A DNA stretch of 20,000 bases from Candidatus Thorarchaeota archaeon (lineage in GTDB: Archaea > Asgardarchaeota > Thorarchaeia > Thorarchaeales > Thorarchaeaceae). The DNA lies in contig JAIZWL010000002.1 in the NCBI GenBank assembly GCA_021498125.1, positions 137,980 through 157,979 on the forward strand. Reading direction: 5' to 3'. The position numbers and the translations under genes were made by a program. The notes under the pieces were generated by a model. It was not told the DNA's origin and ran no database searches. It saw only the letters and a program-made list of their open reading frames with translations. Below are positions 9,122 to 16,133 of the stretch, in pieces; the first letter of the stretch is position 1, and every line of letters begins with the position of its first letter.

Positions 9122-9807
9122 AAATCTTCAATGGTTGCTTGGTGACCGTGTACTGCCATAGTAATCCGTTCTATGGACTTCCATGATTTCCTCACAATTT
9201 GAGGCAACTTGGCTTGAGAGGCAATAATTGAACGAACAAAAGCAATCGTCTTTGGATCTGAGGGATACCCGGAACCAAAATCCCCATAGATCTCATGGAG
9301 CCGCTGAATCTCTGTATCGCGGATGACTTTAGCAATTATTGATGCGGCTGAAACTATAGGATACGTACTGTCAGCACGGTGTTCTGCAATGAATTGGCAA
9401 TCGGAAACAGACAACCCAGAACGTTCAGCAACAGTCCGTGCAAAGCGATTAGAGTTTACATCTGCTGCATCCATGTAAGCAATAGTAGGATGCAACTCTC
9501 TAACAACGGAGGCAAATGCATCAGCTTCAATACTATTTAGTGAAACCCCGGCTCCACGTGAGGAGTCAATCTGAAGGGCCGGGATGCTACGAATCACAAT
9601 GTGATCAGCAATTTTTCGTATCTGAAGGGCCAGCACTTCTCTTCGGCGCGGAGTTAAACACTTGGAGTCTTTAACGCCAATCTGCTCGATCTCTGATAGA
9701 TGCACAGATGATACAGCAATTCCGCATACCACTAAAGGACCAATCACGGGCCCGCGCCCAGCTTCATCAATCCCGGCGATTAGTTCATGGGGTTTTTTGA
9801 CGCTCAT
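9118..9807 (-). CDS. rnhB: Ribonuclease HII
   Basis: 229 aa ORF with LIAGIDEAGRGPVIGPLVV, VKDSKCLTPRRRE, IEADAFASVVREL, YMDAADVNS, HRADSTYPIVSAASIIAKVIRD, FGSGYPSDPKT. Confidence 0.97.
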   Translation of the reverse strand: MSVKKPHELIAGIDEAGRGPVIGPLVVCGIAVSSVHLSEIEQIGVKDSKCLTPRRREVLALQIRKIADHIVIRSIPALQIDSSRGAGVSLNSIEADAFASVVRELHPTIAYMDAADVNSNRFARTVAERSGLSVSDCQFIAEHRADSTYPIVSAASIIAKVIRDTEIQRLHEIYGDFGSGYPSDPKTIAFVRSIIASQAKLPQIVRKSWKSIERITMAVHGHQATIEDF

Positions 9808-9944
9808 GCTGTTTCAACAGATTTCTGAGTCTAGTGCCTACTGAACTTTGCTATTCGACATGTGCGGATCATTCAGTCTCACAGAAAGCTTCATATCGTC
9901 ATCAGCTCTTTTCAGATTATGAGCCACGCGCTCATGCAGTACTT

Positions 9945-10055
9945 GGGGACGTGGCCTAGCCCGGTATGGCGACGGGCTCCAGATCTTATGAAGATACGGG
10001 GTCATAAGAAGAGCAGACTCGTCGATCCTGGGTTCAAATCCCAGCGTCCCCACCA
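9945..10055 (+). tRNA. tRNA-Trp(CCA) with a 34-nt intron (about 9983..10016, boundary ambiguous by 1 nt) and an encoded CCA (10053..10055)
   Basis: Acceptor GGGGACG (9945-9951)/CGTCCCC (10045-10051). D-stem GCC/GGC. Anticodon stem ACGGG (9972-9976)/CTCGT (10018-10022). Loop CT-CCA-G-A after splicing. T-arm CTGGG-TTCAAAT-CCCAG (10028-10044). A73, then CCA. Intron contains an inner CTTATG/CATAAG helix. Confidence 0.93.
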
Positions 10056-10068
10056 CTGCTGCTGACAC

Positions 10069-10075
10069 TTTTTTT
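10069..10075 (+). terminator. T7 tract 14 nt after the tRNA-Trp CCA
   Basis: Run of seven T residues immediately downstream, consistent with archaeal T-tract termination. Confidence 0.5.
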
Positions 10076-10142
10076 CGATTTGCGTTAATAGAAAGTCCCT
10101 TTTTCATCCAATGTGTAATAATACTATTAGACGGTGGCCGCA

Positions 10143-10970
10143 ATGAACAAGCGTTCTCTATTATTGATACTGTTTCTGAGCCTTACATTCGCAATGACAC
10201 CAATATCGGCACAGGATAGTTCTGTGGGGAGCGCCTTTGAGGTGGACTCGTTTTCCTATCGGGTCTCATTTAGATCAAGCGACGGAACCGAGTTGCTTCT
10301 CATAAGAGCAAGATTCCAGATCACCTATCTGTATCGTCATCATCAACCGACTATCAGCCAGCACTACATGTCAGGAACTGTAGGATTCTATTTTGGTAAG
10401 ACCGCCTTGGGGAGAAATATTGTTCGAGAGGTACATATACAAAGCATCGACTTTAGACCACAATGGCATGATGCGTTTGGCTACTTTCACAGTCCGGAGT
10501 CTACTGCTAAATTATTCGCCATTAGTAGCAATGTTTCTGATGGACAACTTGCAGCGGGATATATTCAACTCGATAAGGAGTCGGTCTCACGTTATTTACC
10601 GGACTTTGGAGGAATACTCACCATTCAAGAAATGACGTTTGTACTTGATGATGGCTCGAAAATTGGAGCCGGGGCCGAAACGATCAAGATTGAGTTTGAA
10701 AAGAACTTTAACAAGCTATCACCAGATGATGCAAAAATAGTGAGCAATATTGAAAATTACACATCAACAAACATAGATGGAATACTTGTCATATCAATAC
10801 AAGACACCGCGCCAATCATCGTTATTCTTGACCTCATAGCAGCAATCAGCATAATGACCTCATTCGTATCAATCGCCTCAATAGCCGTTTTAAAACGCCA
10901 AAAACTGAAGATCCCCCGCATTTCATCAATAACTGGAAACCTGAGAAGAAATAACGATATTCAAACGTGA
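10143..10970 (+). CDS. Predicted secreted/type I membrane-anchored protein of unknown function
   Basis: Starting at the ATG at 10143: hydrophobic N-terminal signal (MNKRSLLLILFLSLTFAMTPISAQ), about 210 aa extracytoplasmic region, C-terminal TM (IIVILDLIAAISIMTSFVSIASIAVL), then a basic tail. Confidence 0.75.
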   Translation: MNKRSLLLILFLSLTFAMTPISAQDSSVGSAFEVDSFSYRVSFRSSDGTELLLIRARFQITYLYRHHQPTISQHYMSGTVGFYFGKTALGRNIVREVHIQSIDFRPQWHDAFGYFHSPESTAKLFAISSNVSDGQLAAGYIQLDKESVSRYLPDFGGILTIQEMTFVLDDGSKIGAGAETIKIEFEKNFNKLSPDDAKIVSNIENYTSTNIDGILVISIQDTAPIIVILDLIAAISIMTSFVSIASIAVLKRQKLKIPRISSITGNLRRNNDIQT

Positions 10971-11029
10971 ACGCGGACTGCAAGAATAGAAGCAAGAGAT
11001 CATAATACGAATTGAACCATAGAGTAACG

Positions 11030-11036
11030 TTTAAAA
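11030..11036 (+). promoter_or_regulatory. TATA-like element TTTAAAA upstream of the 5S rRNA gene
   Basis: Centre about 29 nt upstream of the predicted 5S 5' end, the canonical archaeal spacing. Confidence 0.5.
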
Positions 11037-11061
11037 CGAAATGAACAACCGAACATTCTTG

Positions 11062-11178
11062 ATGGCGGCCATAGGCGCCCGGGACCACCGGAACCCGTTC
11101 CGAACTCCGAAGTTAAGGCGGGTGCCGTTGCCGGAGATGTGCGCTGCGCGAGCGCGTGACAGGCCGGCAAGCTGCCAC
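11062..11178 (+). rRNA. 5S ribosomal RNA
   Basis: Signature GGCGGCCATAGGCGCCCGGGACCACCGGAACCCGTTCCGAACTCCGAAGTTAAGGCGGG..., with terminal helix I TGGCGGC/GCTGCCA (about 11063-11069/11071-11177 region). Exact ends approximate. Confidence 0.93.
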
Positions 11179-11278
11179 ATTCTCTCATTTCTTTTTACAA
11201 TCAAGATTATCAGTGAACATAGAACTAGCGCGTAACGAAACCATTAAAGCAGAATTGAAATTTGTGCGAGTGATATAG

Positions 11279-12397
11279 ATGCAAATCGGAGAACCTACAG
11301 ACCTAAGTTGGATTTTAAATATCCTATTTCTCGCGTTTATAATGGTCTTCAGCCTATACGGAGCCAAGATTCAGATGTGGCAATGGCTGAAACAGATCGA
11401 GGCGGGACTAATAGAGCTCAAACGGATGGCAATCGAGTCTCGTCAAACTGCAATTGACACGTTCAAGAAATTCGGAAAAGATGAGAAAGAGGTGGCTGAG
11501 GCCCTCGATAGATGGCTAGACTACTTTCTGATTACCCCGGTCGATCTTGATCCTGCGGGAATCCTCCAGCGTCTTGATCATTTACTAGATGAGCGAAGAG
11601 ACAGATTTCAAGAGTTTGTTGCAGAAATCGCACCAGAAGCAAGTGCCGTCATGGATCAGAATCTGGAAAATACGCTAGAAGTCGCCCAGGTACTCAGTCT
11701 TATCTTTAGAGTGGTCAGACACTTCTATCTTCTTGGTAAGAAGACAGGCAGTCAGATTCTCATTATGCAGATCCATATGCAGATGCCAGACTTGCTTCGT
11801 ATTGCTAAGGCATACTTTGATGCGATCGATGCATTTTCTGAGGGAAAACCAATTGGTGATGGTATTGGCCCGCTTGTCGTAACACAGTTTGCACGAGAAT
11901 ATGGGGCAACCCCTGAGAGCTATGTCCAAGAGGTCGGACGAGAAGTAGGTTACTATAAGGTAGAGGTCGAAGGGAGAACAGTCTTTGTTGTTCGTGCCAC
12001 AGGACCAGGGGGTACTGTAGGTAAACCCGGATTCGCTATCAAAAACATTGTAGAACAGAACAATGGACAAATAGCCCGAATTATTACAATTGATGCAGCC
12101 CTCAAGCTGGAAGGGGAAGATCTGGGTAGAGTTTCGGAGGGAACAGGCGCAGCAATTGGAGACCCCGGCCCCGAAAAACATGCTATTGAAGATGCAGCAA
12201 CACAAAACAAGATTGCAATAGAAGCAATTGTGATCAAGCAAGATGAGGCAGCAGCGGTTGGAATCATGCGTAAGAAGATTCTTGATGCAGTCCCAGAGGT
12301 CTTGGAACGGATCAAGACTGCAATCAGGAAACGTACAAAACCCGGAGATAAGGTCATACTTGCGGGAATTGGAAATACTATGGGCATAGGTCTTTGA
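11279..12397 (+). CDS. Archaeal membrane-associated protein, DUF1512-like
   Basis: 372 aa ORF with one N-terminal TM (WILNILFLAFIMVFSLYG), then a long soluble region (DYFLITPVDLDPAGIL, KKTGSQILIMQIHMQMPDLLRIAKAYFDAIDAFSEGKPIGDGIGPLV, a KPG-rich C-terminus). Family name assigned from memory. Confidence 0.65.
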   Translation: MQIGEPTDLSWILNILFLAFIMVFSLYGAKIQMWQWLKQIEAGLIELKRMAIESRQTAIDTFKKFGKDEKEVAEALDRWLDYFLITPVDLDPAGILQRLDHLLDERRDRFQEFVAEIAPEASAVMDQNLENTLEVAQVLSLIFRVVRHFYLLGKKTGSQILIMQIHMQMPDLLRIAKAYFDAIDAFSEGKPIGDGIGPLVVTQFAREYGATPESYVQEVGREVGYYKVEVEGRTVFVVRATGPGGTVGKPGFAIKNIVEQNNGQIARIITIDAALKLEGEDLGRVSEGTGAAIGDPGPEKHAIEDAATQNKIAIEAIVIKQDEAAAVGIMRKKILDAVPEVLERIKTAIRKRTKPGDKVILAGIGNTMGIGL

Positions 12398-12407
12398 GGT
12401 GCAACAG

Positions 12408-12779
12408 ATGGGTCTTGTTTCAAAATTAATCGGTTTGGGGTTCATTGGTGCGGGATTATTAGTATGGGTGGTGCTCGGAGGCACTGCTGATGTGATGGTT
12501 TCATACATCTGGATCTTTGTAGGCATGTTGTTAATGTCAATAGGGATCAGTCTCATCACTGGTGGACGCAACACAAAACAACAAACACCACCACCACCGA
12601 CCGTCACGGAGATTCGTTGCGATAATCCTGAATGTGACTTCAAAGAGATTCGTAATTATGAGGAGGGCGACTATATCCTCAAGGCACTTGATGCTAAATG
12701 CCCAAGATGTGGTAGCTCAATGACCATTCAGGGAGTCTATGTTGTCAAAGAAGACGACTCGGACAAATCACCAATCTAG
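12408..12779 (+). CDS. Small protein with two TM helices and a cytoplasmic C4 zinc-ribbon-like motif
   Basis: ATG at 12408 preceded by GAGGTG. TM segments LIGLGFIGAGLLVWVVLGG and YIWIFVGMLLMSIGISLITGG, then CDNPEC...CPRC. Confidence 0.7.
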   Translation: MGLVSKLIGLGFIGAGLLVWVVLGGTADVMVSYIWIFVGMLLMSIGISLITGGRNTKQQTPPPPTVTEIRCDNPECDFKEIRNYEEGDYILKALDAKCPRCGSSMTIQGVYVVKEDDSDKSPI

Positions 12780-13672
12780 GTGGGTCGTGTTGTCACAATC
12801 GGTCCGTCATCTGTAATGAACATAGTGTGTTCAGTTTGACTGACCGGCCGCCCCTTTTTCTCAACTAAGACTGGAAAGGCAGTAATAACTTTCGCCTTGA
12901 GTAGCTTAGCAAGCTCCGAGGGTACATCAATAGCCTTGTGAGAAGTACCAATCCAGCGAGAGGCGAACGGGAAAGGCCCATATCGCTTGCGTAAGTGCTG
13001 CCGCAATTTTTCGGTCACACCCTCGAGTGTTACATTACGCCCGGTATTTGCAAAGATGTAGGCATTTTTACTATCGACAATATGGGAACCGGCCGTGGCA
13101 AAGGGCTCGATAGCAATAGTTTCACCAGCCTGAATGGTTGTAGAATCACGAGTCTTCACATTGGGGATTCGCTTTCCGGCATGCAGTTTGAAGCGTTCGA
13201 TACTGTGCCCTGAGAGTTCCTTGACGGGGCGAAGACCGTAGTCCTTGATAACATGTTCAATGTGGGAACTAATTTCCCCTAAGGTCACGCCAGGCCGAAC
13301 AATTTGAATTGCCTCTTCAAGTGCATCGTTCGTGGCTGAAACCATACCCTCAAGAGTTCCATCAATGTCAACAGTACGGGCTGTATCCGCAATATAACCA
13401 TCTACTTGGACACCAACATCAATCTTCACTAGTCCGAAATCGGGGATACGAGAGGGATCGCCTTTGGGGGAAGTGTAATGAGCCGCCACCTCATTGACTG
13501 AAACATTACACGGGAAGGCAGGTCGTCCACCCAGGTCGAGTGTACGTTTCTCAACATGAGCACAGATACTGATCAGCTTCGTCTTTGGGTGGACCATTGC
13601 ACATGCCTCACTAAGAACACGTGCAGCAATGCGTCCAGCCTTAAGCAGTGAGGGGTGTGGTTTCACGGTCAT
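12776..13672 (-). CDS. map: Methionine aminopeptidase type II (copy A)
   Basis: Likely start is the ATG at 13672, behind GAGGTGAACCC (the track starts at a TTG at 13705). Contains FPCNVSVNEVAAHYTSP, KIDVGVQVDGYIADTARTVD, ELSGHSIERFKLHAGKRIPN, IAIEPFAT, QTEHTMFI. Confidence 0.95.
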   Translation of the reverse strand: MTVKPHPSLLKAGRIAARVLSEACAMVHPKTKLISICAHVEKRTLDLGGRPAFPCNVSVNEVAAHYTSPKGDPSRIPDFGLVKIDVGVQVDGYIADTARTVDIDGTLEGMVSATNDALEEAIQIVRPGVTLGEISSHIEHVIKDYGLRPVKELSGHSIERFKLHAGKRIPNVKTRDSTTIQAGETIAIEPFATAGSHIVDSKNAYIFANTGRNVTLEGVTEKLRQHLRKRYGPFPFASRWIGTSHKAIDVPSELAKLLKAKVITAFPVLVEKKGRPVSQTEHTMFITDDGPIVTTRPT

Positions 13673-13716
13673 GGGTTCACCTCGATTGGTAGTGATAATT
13701 TGCAATAGTTGACACT

Positions 13717-14634
13717 TTAAGGAATTTGGGAAGAAGCATCACGTTGTGTTGTCACAACCGGACCATCAGGACCAACAAAGATCGTATGCTCGAATTGTGA
13801 GACCATACCACGCTTGCTCTCGATGAGAACAGGATATCCATGAATAGCCCCAGCAAGTGCAAGCGTATGAATTAATGCATCAACATCATATTTCTTGGAC
13901 GAGATCCAACGTGATGCCCAGGGGAGAGTCCCAAAACGTCTGCGAAGCACATCCCTGAATTCACGAGAGAGTCGATCAAGTTTGTGGCGGTCATTCATGA
14001 CGTTTGAATAGATATAGGTACCAGTCCCACTCATAATGGCGCCGGATCCATCAGTCGAGAATGGCTCGATCGCATAGGTCTGCCCGGCCTGTACCCGGGT
14101 ACTATCAGCGGTTCCAATGTTAGGAACCGATTTACCTGCGTGAAGCGTCCAGCGTGTCATCTGATGCCCAGATAGATGATAGACTGGATTTAGGCCATGG
14201 TGCCGGATGGTGCGTTCAATTACTGCACCAATCTCACCTAATCGTACTCCCGGACGAATCGTTTCAATAGCCTTGTCCAGAGCATCTTTACTTGCCGCAA
14301 TGAACCGTTCATAAGAGCCATCAAGATCAACTGTAAGAGCCGTATCAGAGAGGAATCCATTGACATGAGCCCCAAGATCAATCTTCACTAATCCGCTATC
14401 AGGAAGGACACGTGTATCACCACGTGGACTTGTATAGTGAGCTGCCTCTTCGTTAATAGAAACATTACATGGGAATGCAAGACCACTGGCGCCGTATTCT
14501 AACAGCTTTTGCTCGGCAAGCGTACAGATCTTTAGAACACTGACACCAGGAACTGCTTCTTTTGCGACCTCGGATAAGACTCGTGCAGCAATTTTGCCAG
14601 CCTTAATGGAATCGGGATGAGGTTTCATCTGCAT
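13717..14634 (-). CDS. map: Methionine aminopeptidase type II (copy B, tandem paralog)
   Basis: FPCNVSINEEAAHYTSP, KIDLGAHVNGFLSDTALTVD, HLSGHQMTRWTLHAGKSVPN, YAIEPFST, QFEHTIFV. ATG at 14634 (the track starts at a TTG at 14640). Confidence 0.94.
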   Translation of the reverse strand: MQMKPHPDSIKAGKIAARVLSEVAKEAVPGVSVLKICTLAEQKLLEYGASGLAFPCNVSINEEAAHYTSPRGDTRVLPDSGLVKIDLGAHVNGFLSDTALTVDLDGSYERFIAASKDALDKAIETIRPGVRLGEIGAVIERTIRHHGLNPVYHLSGHQMTRWTLHAGKSVPNIGTADSTRVQAGQTYAIEPFSTDGSGAIMSGTGTYIYSNVMNDRHKLDRLSREFRDVLRRRFGTLPWASRWISSKKYDVDALIHTLALAGAIHGYPVLIESKRGMVSQFEHTIFVGPDGPVVTTQRDASSQIP

Positions 14635-14753
14635 TGACAATTGCGCCTCATATTTTTGAGCACTTAATCATTATTATGTTCGTGGGACTGGGCATGTTTT
14701 GCGAAAAAGAAAAGTGGGAGAAGCACACAGAAATGTGTAGAGCGTGATAAAGA

Positions 14754-15425
14754 ATGAAGTTCACATATCTAGGACATGCGGGATTCGAGATCGAGGCTGA
14801 CGGAAAGACCGTCTTTGTGGATCCATGGCTGGGCGCACCAACTGCAACTCTAAAGGTGAATGATATCACTAACGCGGATATTGTCCTCGTCACACATGAT
14901 CATGGCGATCATGGATACGATGAGGCCGTACAGATATGTAAGAAGACAGGGGCATTTTTTGTTGCAATCAATGAACTCGCAATCCAAGCCAAGGAGGACG
15001 GAGTGGAAAAAGTACATACCCTAAACATTGGAGGAAGTGTTATGATAGACAATGTCAGGATAACACTTGTACAGGCATTTCACTCCTGTGGAAAGGGGGC
15101 TCCAACAGGATTTGTTGTGACATTTCCAAGCGGCTCATTTTATCATGCAGGGGACACAGGAGTTTTTGCAAGTATGGAATTGATCAGGGAACTATATCAC
15201 CCAGATGTTGCATTATTGCCAATTGGGGGATATTATACAATGGATGTTCAACAGGCAACACTTGCGACAAAACTTCTTGGGCCAAAATATGTAATACCCA
15301 TGCATTACAATACATTCCCAGTAATCAATGCAGACCCGGCAGATCTTCAAAAGGCCGTTAAAGAACAACAACTTGGTGCCGAAGTCAAAATATTGACCCC
15401 TGGAGAGTCAACGGATCTGTTATGA
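14754..15425 (+). CDS. Metal-dependent hydrolase, metallo-beta-lactamase fold (UPF0173 type)
   Basis: 223 aa ORF: MKFTYLGHAGFEIEADGKTVFVDPWL, VTHDHGDHGYDEA, FHAS-like QAFHSCGKGAPTGFVVTF, FYHAGDTGVFASMELI, LLPIGGYYTMD, YVIPMHYNTFP. Confidence 0.94.
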   Translation: MKFTYLGHAGFEIEADGKTVFVDPWLGAPTATLKVNDITNADIVLVTHDHGDHGYDEAVQICKKTGAFFVAINELAIQAKEDGVEKVHTLNIGGSVMIDNVRITLVQAFHSCGKGAPTGFVVTFPSGSFYHAGDTGVFASMELIRELYHPDVALLPIGGYYTMDVQQATLATKLLGPKYVIPMHYNTFPVINADPADLQKAVKEQQLGAEVKILTPGESTDLL

Positions 15426-15737
15426 AAAGGCACAAGGATCGATGCCTGTCGCCCTATGCACTAACTCCCAGCATCACAGCATCAGAACATTCCGGCTCAG
15501 CTGAGTTGTCTCGTGCTAGGCTGAATACGGCATCGACCTGCCTGCTAATGTACGAGTTGTGGGTGACCCGGAGATCATCTGAGGCAAATGCCCACATCAA
15601 TCGGGTCCGTTGTGACTCGTCCGAATGGTAATCAACAGGCGGCTCATGAGAACTATACAGATGTAGAGGTCTCAAGAGCAGGTAAAAAGGGGGATACAAA
15701 AGATATGAACATTGCCATTGAAGACTTGATTGATCAA

Positions 15738-15765
15738 TGAGTCTTATTGATGAGAACAAGACTCA
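15738..15765 (+). other. Perfect 8-bp stem-loop TGAGTCTT-ATTGATGAGAAC-AAGACTCA in the intergenic region
   Basis: Inverted repeat 15738-15745/15758-15765. An upstream AAGACT (15721-15726) could compete for pairing with AGTCTT (15740-15745). Confidence 0.35.
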
Positions 15766-16133
15766 CAACAACTGATTACATAACAAGCTTCAAATACGGG
15801 CCACGTGTCAGTTCAAATGATGATGGCAAGTAATGCCTCATCAATCATAGGATTATCATATCACAAACGCCAAGTGGTCCCCCGACTCTTCAGAGTAACC
15901 GAGCCGGTGAGCGACCATCACACAGATCACATGACGATCATCACTCATCACATCACAGGATTACCGATTCATTACGTAATTACACGAGAAAGCATGACGG
16001 AAGTCCGCGGAAATGCATTTGAAGAGTGCTAGAGTGTGAAGTGGGCATCTCCAATCCGTGAGAGGCCAAAATACAGCGGCCGTCTTACGACTCGTCGGAG
16101 GGGACTTGGCAGTACATCATATAGGAGACGTGT

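Noticed and set aside
10846-11235. ORFs 10846..11088 -, 11000..11188 - and 11041..11235 +
   Set aside because: They run across the 5S rRNA gene and its promoter. No independent coding support.
11675-12643. 322 aa minus-strand ORF over the DUF1512-like gene
   Set aside because: Long, but opposite to a plus-strand ORF with TM, SD and adjacency support. It reads as cysteine/serine-rich antisense translation.
15738-15775. Possible box C/D sRNA (TTGATGA ... CTGA)
   Set aside because: Only one C-like and one D-like box at poor spacing, no D'/C' pair, and the first C-box base is not a purine. More simply described as a stem-loop.
15994-16020. ACGGAAGTCCGCGG as a possible RNase P RNA core fragment
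   Set aside because: Lacks the conserved GAGGAAAGUCC block and the other conserved regions needed for archaeal RNase P RNA.
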